Source: a virus
Lineage: Duplodnaviria > Caudoviricetes
IMG/VR virus record: IMGVR_UViG_3300006127_000012
Coordinates: 1,225-65,224 of that record
DNA: 64,000 nt
Direction: 5' to 3' (one strand)
A program made the position numbers and the translations under genes. Shown in pieces: positions 8,664-16,665 of this stretch. The notes under the pieces are model-generated. The model was not told the DNA's origin. It saw only the letters and a list, made by a program, of their open reading frames with translations, and made no database searches. Positions within the stretch are counted from its first letter, which is position 1; each line of letters opens with the position of its first letter.

Positions 8664-9098
8664 TTATTTACCTGTAGCTCTCAACATCCAGCCATGTTTA
8701 GCATGAATATCTAGACGATCTTGTAGAAAATTCTCGATGCCACGATTATCAGCAGCGCCAGCTTCTTTAATTGCATCTTTGATTGTAGCCATGACTTTTT
8801 CGTTATCTGACAATAACGCTTTGATCATAGCTTTTGCATCAGGAATAGTTTCAATTGTATTTATTGAAGCTAGATCGCCGAATCTATTGTAGCTACCAGG
8901 AGCATATTCATCAAGAGTGCGGATATGTTCAGCAATGGCATCCACAGCTTCCCAAACTTCGTTATAAATCGTATCAAACAGAGAATGATACTGAGGGAAG
9001 TTTTCTCCCTCAACATTCCAGTGGAAGTAGTGCGTCTTCAAATAGAAGGTGAAGGAATCTGCCAGCACATTCTTCAGTTTATCGCCTAGAACACTCAT
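8664..9098 (-). CDS. dps: Dps/ferritin-like DNA protection protein
   Basis: KTHYFHWNVEG, HSLFDTIYNE, DAIAEHIRTL ferroxidase motifs; 144 aa. Confidence 0.93.
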   Translation of the reverse strand: MSVLGDKLKNVLADSFTFYLKTHYFHWNVEGENFPQYHSLFDTIYNEVWEAVDAIAEHIRTLDEYAPGSYNRFGDLASINTIETIPDAKAMIKALLSDNEKVMATIKDAIKEAGAADNRGIENFLQDRLDIHAKHGWMLRATGK

Positions 9099-11374
9099 AG
9101 TGTATCTCCCTTATCTGTTTCTTCACAGTTCCATCTACGTAGGGACATCGCCTTACGTGTTGGGCGACCCTTTTCATCCTTCATTGGTCCCCTCATGCCA
9201 CCCATACGGGCACAAAATGACTTACGGCGTTTCGCAGCTTTTCCATTAGGATCTAATTTACTTGGTGGCGTGGTTACTGCGGTCTTAATTCCGAAATGCT
9301 TAGCACCTTTACGTGTTAGACCTGCACCAGATTCAGTTGAACGCTTGTAGCCATGGCTGTCTTCACCACGTTCCATAATAGCCTTGACTTGTTCAATGAG
9401 AGAAGATTCGTCAATAGGATTGCCTCTTGTGTCATATTTCTTGACCTTGCCACCCTTAGCGAAGAACTCAGCTTCAGCATCTTTCATAGAAGTCTTAGAT
9501 CCAGGAAGGATCCCTGTTCTTTGATAACGCTGTTTAGCATAACGCTGAGTGTTTACAGCAATTGATTTGCTGCGATAATCATTATAGACTTTAGCGCCAG
9601 CACCCTTGGTTTCTCCAAGATCAACTTGTTCATTTTTTGGCTTTTTGCCAGCTTTCTTCATGGCAATCGCAATTGCTGCTTGTTGGGCAGGATTGGCAGC
9701 TTCATTCTGAGATGCTTTAAACGCAGCGTTAGTTGGAGCACCTTTGCTGCCTGGCTTGCGCATATGTTCGCCTGAGCCATGCTTAATGCGTTCTTGTTTT
9801 GCATGGATATTATCCCAGAGTCCACGCTTTTCTCCAAGCTCAATTTCTTCTTTAGGAACGCAGTTAGGGACTTCTTTCTTGCCCTTCTTCTTCATGCCTT
9901 CCATTTCATAACCCTTCCAGCAAGGATCAGAATCTTCCGAGATACCAGCATGTTTATGAGCTGATGCCTTAAAGTCCATACCAAAGTACTTAACGCGACC
10001 ATGCTTGTTAGATGCTTTCCAACCAAGTTGCTTATCGCTTCCCTTTTCAGAAAATGGCTTAACGTATGGAGTATTCTTTGACTCTTCAATCTCTGCATTT
10101 TCCTTAGCGAGATGCTTGAAATACTGAACCTGACGTTCGCGCTTTTCAGCACCAGCCTTTGTTGGATACTTGCCGAGATTGCGACCAGTCGACTTTGACT
10201 TCAGCTCAAAGCCACCCTTGACCTTAACGATGTGTTCCTTCATAGCTTTCTTTTTCTTGCAAGGCTTGCATTCACAGCCATCTTCACCCATGCAATTATT
10301 TGAGTTGCCTGATTCGCCAGAAACAGCAGCATCAGCTGCAAACATGTATTCCTTGAACGTTTTCTTTTTAGGAACTGTAGGAATTGGCGAGCTGACTGGA
10401 GCTGATGCATCAGGGCGACCATTAGCCAGACCGACTGTAGAACCAACATCATCTTCAGCAATGGTCGCCAGATATCTCTTCAGAGAACGGCGACGCATAA
10501 GGTTGGTTTTGTCTTTGTCAGTTGTTGCCTTGATGTTTCCATCTAGACCAACGTTACCCTTACCATCAGGAGCAGGAACATTAACCAAAGGAGACTTCTT
10601 GCCGAGATAATCTCTAGCGTCCTTTGTTGGAATAGATTGGACTTGTTCGGTAACTTTCTGTGGACCTGCCATACCGGAATTAATATCGTTCATAAGCTCT
10701 CTTACGTGTTCATCGGGGACATGTTTTGGTGCACCATTTGCTCTCATGGTATTATAATCACCAGCCTGCGCCGCTGCGCGACTCTTGGTGGCAGACCACC
10801 CAGAAAGACCAGTAGAATGTTCATCGCGATCTTGGCCAGCGCGAACAAAAGAAATCTTTTTGAAATTGAAAAATCCATGAGGACCAGCTTTACCATTATA
10901 GGTATTCAACAAACGCTCATATTCTGGAATGCGGTCTGATCCAGCTACCACCACAAGATGATCATGACCCTGATTATGTAAATCTGAAGCCTGACTGAGA
11001 AGATTAGGGCGATCAGGATGAGCAGTTGTGATGTTAACACCAGGGAAGAATCTTCTAGCGTGCTTTAACTTTTGCTCTGGAGTAAGCGGATTCTTTTTCT
11101 TATCCTGTGTTCTAGTAAGAACGACATGATATGGTGCATTATGAAGTTTTGATTGTTGGAGAACTGTGTCGATAATTTCTCTATGAGCAGGAGTTGGTGG
11201 ATTCATACGAGCAGGAGCAAAAACAACTGGATTGCTGGTTGATACTGATGGATCAACCGCTTCCATCTGGCTGCGATTGACGATAACTTCATTTGGAATT
11301 TTGCCAGTAAGAGTTTTATCTCTTTTTGGTTCTAATCCCAATTTTCCTCGGATTAAATCGACAAATTTACCCAT
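9095..11374 (-). CDS. Cytidylyltransferase-like (HxGH superfamily) domain fused to a long multi-module C-terminus
   Basis: ARMNPPTPAH (variant of GRxNPPTxGH), KNPL, VAGSDR, SATKSRAAA motifs, followed by about 500 aa of short basic modules. Confidence 0.8.
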   Translation of the reverse strand: MGKFVDLIRGKLGLEPKRDKTLTGKIPNEVIVNRSQMEAVDPSVSTSNPVVFAPARMNPPTPAHREIIDTVLQQSKLHNAPYHVVLTRTQDKKKNPLTPEQKLKHARRFFPGVNITTAHPDRPNLLSQASDLHNQGHDHLVVVAGSDRIPEYERLLNTYNGKAGPHGFFNFKKISFVRAGQDRDEHSTGLSGWSATKSRAAAQAGDYNTMRANGAPKHVPDEHVRELMNDINSGMAGPQKVTEQVQSIPTKDARDYLGKKSPLVNVPAPDGKGNVGLDGNIKATTDKDKTNLMRRRSLKRYLATIAEDDVGSTVGLANGRPDASAPVSSPIPTVPKKKTFKEYMFAADAAVSGESGNSNNCMGEDGCECKPCKKKKAMKEHIVKVKGGFELKSKSTGRNLGKYPTKAGAEKRERQVQYFKHLAKENAEIEESKNTPYVKPFSEKGSDKQLGWKASNKHGRVKYFGMDFKASAHKHAGISEDSDPCWKGYEMEGMKKKGKKEVPNCVPKEEIELGEKRGLWDNIHAKQERIKHGSGEHMRKPGSKGAPTNAAFKASQNEAANPAQQAAIAIAMKKAGKKPKNEQVDLGETKGAGAKVYNDYRSKSIAVNTQRYAKQRYQRTGILPGSKTSMKDAEAEFFAKGGKVKKYDTRGNPIDESSLIEQVKAIMERGEDSHGYKRSTESGAGLTRKGAKHFGIKTAVTTPPSKLDPNGKAAKRRKSFCARMGGMRGPMKDEKGRPTRKAMSLRRWNCEETDKGDTL

Positions 11375-11393
11375 TGTGCACCCTCTTTTTTTC

Positions 11394-11401
11394 TATTTAT
11401 G
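11394..11401 (-). promoter_or_regulatory. Late promoter CATAAATA
   Basis: TAAATA core 20 nt upstream of the start at 11374. Confidence 0.55.
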
Positions 11402-12626
11402 GTTTTTCAGAGGTAAACCCACCACCACGATTCTTAGCAAAATTAGCAGCACTAAATTCAGCGCGATTGACTGCCTTATCAATAGTATTTGTATTAGGGT
11501 TGACCGCGACCATCCCTTCAGGACCAGTAGGATTTTCCCCAATACTAGTGTCATATTTCTTGTTTTGAGCAGCTGCATCAACAAGAACATTTTTTGCATT
11601 CTGTAAATTTCTATGGACTTCTAGCAGTTTGCTAATATGCTCTTTATTTTTAGCAATATCGTTCATTCTTGTATTCAACAGGCTAGACTTACGTTCAATA
11701 GCTGCTGGAGATTTTACCTTTGAGATTTCATTCTGGCCACGTTGCTGAACAAAATTGGTAAATCCTTCGTGGCTCGGAGCGCCAGCCTGTCTAACTTCAT
11801 GATTGATATATGCCATCATATCAGGAAGATGACGAGAAGAAACTTCATGAGCTTCCGGAGACAGACCAGCATATGCCTTATTTGCAGCATCAAGGTGTTT
11901 TTGGAATTCAGCCTTTTGCTCGTCAGTATAATTTTCTGGATTTGGTTTTGTTTCCGTAGAAATAATATGGACATCCGGATGTTGAGCAAACGGTTTCATA
12001 TCAGGCATAAACCTTGGTCGCATTCCACCAAGAGTTCTGCTGCCATCATCTTCATAGCTAGTATGAACAGCCACGCCAAGTTTAGCTGCTGCAGCTTTTT
12101 TGCCTTCTGCAGAATTCTTTTTTAGTCTGTATGTGAGAGTGTTAGGCGTAAAGGAAAGATTCTTACCTTCGTCATTGATATCATTGTTTGTATACATGAC
12201 ATCGCCCTGATACACCCTACCTTTAGGAGAGACTTTTGGGAGATGTTCAAGAGCAGCTTTCAGTTTTTCTACCAGACCAGGAGCGTGACCGTGGTTACGC
12301 TCAATATCTTCCGGAGTGTAATTAATTTTTGGTGTCTTATTGCCCCAAGATTTTGTGGCAACAAAGAATTTACCATTTTCAGGATTTGTTCCCCAAACTA
12401 ACGAAGGAGCACCATCAAACTTTTCGCCAATCTTAACATCTGAAGGCTTACCTTGAAGAGAATCATGCATACCCAACAAAGTGTTTCTTGCATGATTATA
12501 GCCTTCGTCTCCTGCTTGAAGCAGACGATCTTCAATATGGTCAAGGTGGCCAAGTTTGCTTGGAGCAGCAACTGTTGTTGGAATTTCTTTGGCAGCTTCA
12601 GCCATGTATAGCTTTAAAGATTTCAT
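11397..12626 (-). CDS. DUF6267-like protein with a ligase-type KxDG motif
   Basis: HLDHIED, EKFDGAPSLVWG, FFVATKS, TPKINYT, YQGDVMY, FTPNTLTY, GPEGMV; capsid-targeting-like start MKSLKLYMAE. Confidence 0.7.
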   Translation of the reverse strand: MKSLKLYMAEAAKEIPTTVAAPSKLGHLDHIEDRLLQAGDEGYNHARNTLLGMHDSLQGKPSDVKIGEKFDGAPSLVWGTNPENGKFFVATKSWGNKTPKINYTPEDIERNHGHAPGLVEKLKAALEHLPKVSPKGRVYQGDVMYTNNDINDEGKNLSFTPNTLTYRLKKNSAEGKKAAAAKLGVAVHTSYEDDGSRTLGGMRPRFMPDMKPFAQHPDVHIISTETKPNPENYTDEQKAEFQKHLDAANKAYAGLSPEAHEVSSRHLPDMMAYINHEVRQAGAPSHEGFTNFVQQRGQNEISKVKSPAAIERKSSLLNTRMNDIAKNKEHISKLLEVHRNLQNAKNVLVDAAAQNKKYDTSIGENPTGPEGMVAVNPNTNTIDKAVNRAEFSAANFAKNRGGGFTSEKP

Positions 12627-13666
12627 CTTTGGTCCATTCTCAATCTGCCTTCTCTGGGAGTAGCTGGCTTACCTTTTGAGTTGATTCTAGGAATAGCGCC
12701 AATTGACAACCTAGGAAGTGGTCCTTGATATACGTTTTTCTCCATACCAGGATCTTCATAATGATAAACTTTTGCTGGTGTTTTTGGAGTCGCAGTTGTT
12801 ACAAAAAAATGAGCCGCATGACCGGAATTGACACCAAATTTGCCAATACCAGTTGCGGCTTCTTTACGAAGATGATAATTCAGAGTTGGATATTTCTGAT
12901 GAATCGCTTTGATTTGTTGGTTGCCTTGGTTAACCAAAGCTGTTTGCGCTTCAGCAGATTGCCCTTTCATTTTCTGTTGAATTTGAGCAATATTGCTTGC
13001 ATGAGACATGATTTCATCATGAATTTTATCTTTTTCTACTCCGGAAAGATGATCAAACTCGGGAGAATTGAGCATCTGATCAGCAGCATGATGGTGTAAT
13101 GCTAGATTCTCATTAGCTTGAGCAGAAGCCAGCTGAGAACCTCCTGGCTTCTTTAGAGAGATATTAATTCCGGTTCCTTCTCCAGGATGAGCAGGATCTT
13201 CAATAGCAATATCTGATTTTGAAGTTCTTGTTGCTGCGCCGTCTGCTCCGTAGCGTGACCATGTTGGAGAAACATCTCCTCTATCCGCGCCCATAACTCT
13301 AGCCATATGGCGATTGCCGATAGAGTCTCGGATTATATCATTACCATTATGAGCCATACCATGAATGGTATGTAATGCATTTTCCAACTCATTATAATAG
13401 CTATCTTGGTCTCCTACTTGGCCACCGCGATACATATGAGGCTGGGTGTTTCTATAATGTAGAGCATGAGATGGATCATTTCTTGCTTGATCTAGAAGAG
13501 AACCAAGAGCGCCAGCATTAGAATTGTGGACATTTTCGTCTCCACCAGTATGCTGGACAAGACCGTGATTAACTACATGATTCCATGCATGAGCAAGAAC
13601 TTCTTCCTCATTGGCAGTACCACCTTTTTCTTGGCGTGCTTCTCGCAATTCTGTAAAATCGAGCAT
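12623..13666 (-). CDS. Putative PD-(D/E)xK nuclease-like protein
   Basis: TSKSDI...ISLKK..GSQL resembles a restriction-endonuclease-like active site; start MLDFTELRE. Confidence 0.45.
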   Translation of the reverse strand: MLDFTELREARQEKGGTANEEEVLAHAWNHVVNHGLVQHTGGDENVHNSNAGALGSLLDQARNDPSHALHYRNTQPHMYRGGQVGDQDSYYNELENALHTIHGMAHNGNDIIRDSIGNRHMARVMGADRGDVSPTWSRYGADGAATRTSKSDIAIEDPAHPGEGTGINISLKKPGGSQLASAQANENLALHHHAADQMLNSPEFDHLSGVEKDKIHDEIMSHASNIAQIQQKMKGQSAEAQTALVNQGNQQIKAIHQKYPTLNYHLRKEAATGIGKFGVNSGHAAHFFVTTATPKTPAKVYHYEDPGMEKNVYQGPLPRLSIGAIPRINSKGKPATPREGRLRMDQR

Positions 13667-13694
13667 ATTTCCCTCATAGATTATATCATCTTTC

Positions 13695-13702
13695 TATTTA
13701 TA
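13695..13702 (-). promoter_or_regulatory. Late promoter TATAAATA heading the 13.7 to 3.4 kb block
   Basis: Exact consensus 29 nt upstream of the ATG at 13666. Confidence 0.8.
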
Positions 13703-14231
13703 AAATCCAGGAAGGAGCCTCTCGCTTTTTCCAAGAGTGCATTCTAGCTTTGCCGACTTTGTAGTAGTTCCGATAATTTGTGATAGGATCGTCGGAAACG
13801 ATAAACTGATGGTCCATACAAGAAGGCATCGGAGTCATATCATATTCTTTAAGATTATATGGTGGAGACTGGATTACATAACCCAGTTTCTGCATCGTTA
13901 GATGCGTCTTACCATAACGATAAGTATACTCACCACTGAGAGCAAAAAGATGATCCACGAGCCAATTATAGTTACTAACGGACTGACGAGCCCACACAGC
14001 AGAAGGGTGGTTAATGTGAGTTGCAGAATACAAAGTATAATCGCGACTATCATTTAATGTATAGACTTTCTTTTTTCGACCGGAGGATGTGTCGATTGAT
14101 TCAACGCCATCCATAACACGGTGTGCAGTGGAAAGAAGTTGTGCAGTCTCAAGGATCATTTTGACGACATGTTTGTCGACCATCCATTCGGCGCACTGTT
14201 TGGGGTCTTCATCAAGATAAAAGATATTCAA
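13698..14231 (-). CDS. Pyrimidine-dimer DNA glycosylase / endonuclease V-like protein
   Basis: MNIFYLD.DP..CA..MVDKHVVKMILETAQLLSTAH, HINHPSAVWAR, EYTYRYGKTH. Confidence 0.85.
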   Translation of the reverse strand: MNIFYLDEDPKQCAEWMVDKHVVKMILETAQLLSTAHRVMDGVESIDTSSGRKKKVYTLNDSRDYTLYSATHINHPSAVWARQSVSNYNWLVDHLFALSGEYTYRYGKTHLTMQKLGYVIQSPPYNLKEYDMTPMPSCMDHQFIVSDDPITNYRNYYKVGKARMHSWKKREAPSWIL

Positions 14232-14378
14232 GGGAACATATCCTCACTGTCTAGCATTTCGTCCCGTTCTTCAGGAGTTACCTTATTGGTAATTAGTTAC
14301 CTTATTGGTAATTATACCATACGCTGTATAAGAAAATATAGCAAGTATAAAAATGAATAACCAGTTATCGCTCGTCAT
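14228..14378 (-). pseudogene. Small membrane-protein gene frameshifted by a 19-bp tandem duplication
   Basis: As sequenced it gives a 31-aa product ending TNKVTNYQ. Removing one repeat copy gives 43 aa (MTSDNWLFIFILAIFSYTAYGIITNKVTPEERDEMLDSEDMFP) whose TGA overlaps the TTG start of the next gene. Confidence 0.6.
14277..14314. repeat. Perfect 19-bp tandem duplication
   Basis: gttaccttattggtaatta occurs twice (14277-14295 and 14296-14314). Confidence 0.95.
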
Positions 14379-14634
14379 AATCGACCTTATGCACATACTC
14401 CATTGCCTTTTCCGGACCCCATTCCTCAAGATATGGATGGTCCTCGAAAAACAAATTAGCAACATCATCATCAGAAACTTCACGGCAACCGATGATGTTT
14501 TCGTCAATATGGAGTTGACCAAATTCATCCACCTCATTCATAATGACGGTGTCTTTGGCATGTTCTGCATTTTCGCATTCTACTACGTAGCGAATACGGA
14601 ACATTGATACAGTTTCAACAAGATACTTTGGCAT
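14365..14634 (-). CDS. Hypothetical protein
   Basis: MPKYLVETVSMFRIRYVVE; GGAG RBS before ATG 14634. Confidence 0.75.
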   Translation of the reverse strand: MPKYLVETVSMFRIRYVVECENAEHAKDTVIMNEVDEFGQLHIDENIIGCREVSDDDVANLFFEDHPYLEEWGPEKAMEYVHKVDYDER

Positions 14635-14679
14635 AATATAATCTCCAATCACTATAATCATTCTAAATAAGGTAAAGTG

Positions 14680-14892
14680 TTATTTTGCCTTTCGAGACAA
14701 AATGATTGCGTTTTCAAGAGCCTCCTCACCAAAGTCATTGGCGTAGGAGGTACAGATTGTTTTGGCTGAATCGAATAGAATCGTCGCTAGGACGATGAGG
14801 TCAGTATAATCGTCTGACATATTGATCTCTTGATCAATGCTCGCTTTGATACGCTTGCGAATTTCTTTTTGGTTACTGGTTAGGTTGATCAT
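14680..14892 (-). CDS. Hypothetical protein
   Basis: 70-aa ORF with a GGAGG RBS. Confidence 0.7.
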   Translation of the reverse strand: MINLTSNQKEIRKRIKASIDQEINMSDDYTDLIVLATILFDSAKTICTSYANDFGEEALENAIILSRKAK

Positions 14893-14918
14893 TATACATA
14901 CCTCCTAATCTCCAGTAT

Positions 14919-15077
14919 TTAGGAATTCTTCTTTTCTTTGAGCGGAGTAAACTTTCTCTTCAGATGTATCACCCAACCTTCTTGTGGATCATAAAAGGTG
15001 ACATTGTTCTTATACCTTTCATCACTTGCTACGCGAGTGAATTCGTCATATTCCTTGAATGTCATAATATTCTTCAT
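14919..15077 (-). CDS. Small hypothetical protein (52 aa)
   Basis: Manual translation MKNIMTFKEYDEFTRVASDERYKNNVTFYDPQEGWVIHLKRKFTPLKEKKNS; ATGA coupling to the upstream ORF. Confidence 0.6.
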   Translation of the reverse strand: MKNIMTFKEYDEFTRVASDERYKNNVTFYDPQEGWVIHLKRKFTPLKEKKNS

Positions 15078-15250
15078 ACCCACCAATTCTCCGGTTCAAA
15101 ATAAATGTCAAATTCAGAATTAATTTTGTTTTTGGCGTAACGGTATGCAGCCAATGCAACAATTCCCGTTACGCCAAAAACCGCAAAGAAAGCTGCCTTC
15201 TTAGCGAGGTTCTTGACGTTAACTTCTTTAAGGTTTGAAGGCAGTTTCAT
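15074..15250 (-). CDS. Small single-pass membrane protein (58 aa)
   Basis: Manual translation MKLPSNLKEVNVKNLAKKAAFFAVFGVTGIVALAAYRYAKNKINSEFDIYFEPENWWV. Confidence 0.6.
   Translation of the reverse strand: MKLPSNLKEVNVKNLAKKAAFFAVFGVTGIVALAAYRYAKNKINSEFDIYFEPENWWV
15128..15181. repeat. Perfect 16-bp inverted repeat with a 22-nt spacer
   Basis: gtttttggcgtaacgg (15128-15143) and ccgttacgccaaaaac (15166-15181). Confidence 0.9.
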
Positions 15251-15260
15251 ATATTACCTA

Positions 15261-15902
15261 TCAGCGGAACTTGATGCCAGTTTGTTCTTCAATCACACTA
15301 ATGTCGATTGGCTTGGCTTCCTTGTTTTCCTTAACGTTGCTGGCTTCATATGCCTTGATCGAGCCATCCTTTAGATAGACGATCTTGTAAAGAATGACAG
15401 GAACAGGAACCTTGTGGGCGCCAATAGTTGGAACAAACGAAGAGTTATAGACAGCGCCAGTCACAACGTTCTTGAAAGGCATAGCACGAACGGCAGCTTC
15501 AAGATTCTTCCATGCGATGCGATTGACGTTAGGATACTGAGGAGTCATGTTGGTCATGAAAAACGTATCTGACATTTCTGTCTCATTAGCCGAGTCAGCA
15601 GCAGGAGTCATATGACCACGGTCAAACCCAGTATTGGTGTAGTCAGCTGGAGTAGGTGAGTTGGCTACAGCTGGGTCTGGCTTGAACGAGTCAACACGAG
15701 CAACCTTACCGTCCTGAACGAGTTCGGTCGAGAAGATATTGGCTTCATGCTTGGTATCGTAAACCGATGCGTAGAACGAGTGGCAGATAACCTGTGTTCC
15801 AGGAACAACGATTTCTTTACCGTTAGGAAAGAACTGGTCGCATGGAGATGCGAACGCAGCAGTAGGTAGCAGCATTGCTGCTAGAAACGTTACGGTCTTC
15901 AT
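15261..15902 (-). CDS. Secreted DNA/RNA non-specific endonuclease (NucA/EndA type)
   Basis: DRGHMTPAAD active-site motif, NMTPQ..NR..W..LE, signal peptide MKTVTFLAAMLLPTAAFA. Confidence 0.9.
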   Translation of the reverse strand: MKTVTFLAAMLLPTAAFASPCDQFFPNGKEIVVPGTQVICHSFYASVYDTKHEANIFSTELVQDGKVARVDSFKPDPAVANSPTPADYTNTGFDRGHMTPAADSANETEMSDTFFMTNMTPQYPNVNRIAWKNLEAAVRAMPFKNVVTGAVYNSSFVPTIGAHKVPVPVILYKIVYLKDGSIKAYEASNVKENKEAKPIDISVIEEQTGIKFR

Positions 15903-15940
15903 AGTATTTTTCCTTTTTTGTGGGTACAATTATTTAGGAA

Positions 15941-16195
15941 TTACCATTCCTGACCGAAAGTCTTATCGGTGCGCTCATAGATTTGAAACCAATCGCACCC
16001 ATAAGCAGGGCAGATATGAATCTGCTTAGGGAGATTATTGTCATCCTTCTCTCCACCCTCACCACAGACAAAGTAGACATTCCCCACTTTATCGGCAGCA
16101 AATGAGTGAGTAAAGATCTTCTCATATAGAGCAATCTTAGATTCAAGATCCTTAATCTTGGCACTCATAATTTCTTCAGGGTATACAATAGCCAT
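15941..16195 (-). CDS. Hypothetical protein
   Basis: 84-aa ORF with TAATG coupling to the upstream gene. Confidence 0.65.
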   Translation of the reverse strand: MAIVYPEEIMSAKIKDLESKIALYEKIFTHSFAADKVGNVYFVCGEGGEKDDNNLPKQIHICPAYGCDWFQIYERTDKTFGQEW

Positions 16196-16605
16196 TAGCC
16201 TCTCCTCATACGCGAAATTTCTTCAGCATCACTCTGACTGAAGACTGGAACCATATTGCTCTTGTGCATCGTGGCGATACCAAGAAGCTTCTCACCTGTG
16301 TAGGTGTTTTCTTTGCGAGCAAACTCTACGCCGATACCAGCCTGAGATGGATAAAGCTCGCGGTGATTCGAAACATACGGCTCGGGCATTTTGGTGCCGC
16401 GAAGCTTCGGCTTATATTTGCCCTGACGGTAGAGAATATATTCGTCCATCGTCTTGGCTTTGATGCCGTGCTTCTTGCATTGGCGCTTGTGGTCAAGCCA
16501 ATCCATAGCGTACTTGTGATATTGGCTGTTGCTAAGTTTGTCTTTGCGCTTTCGGGTATTAGTCGTGGTGAAAGCTGGTCCCATAAGGTGCATCGTCATA
16601 GTCAT
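16195..16605 (-). CDS. Conserved T4-like phage hypothetical protein
   Basis: C-terminal LLGIATMHKSNMVPVF...EISRMRR motif; AAGGAG RBS before ATG 16605. Confidence 0.75.
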   Translation of the reverse strand: MTMTMHLMGPAFTTTNTRKRKDKLSNSQYHKYAMDWLDHKRQCKKHGIKAKTMDEYILYRQGKYKPKLRGTKMPEPYVSNHRELYPSQAGIGVEFARKENTYTGEKLLGIATMHKSNMVPVFSQSDAEEISRMRRG

Positions 16606-16618
16606 CTCCTTATTATTC

Positions 16619-16648
16619 ATTCTACCCTAAATTTGAAAAAAAGGAAAG
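16619..16648 (-). promoter_or_regulatory. Promoter variant CTTTCC-N18-TAGAAT
   Basis: Same family as the 3326-3354 motif. Confidence 0.5.
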
Positions 16649-16665
16649 CACTTTTTTGAAAAAAA

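Noticed and set aside
9095-12626. Known NAD reconstitution pathway (NARP1/NARP2)
   Set aside because: No PRPP-synthetase-like or Nampt-like partner is present, and the motifs do not match NadM/NadR well enough to name the pathway.
14277-14314. Possible CRISPR or mini-array
   Set aside because: Only two directly adjacent copies, with no spacers and no cas genes.
14283-14537. 84-aa track ORF
   Set aside because: Most of it overlaps the 14365-14634 gene out of frame; only the part from ATG 14378 looks like a real gene.
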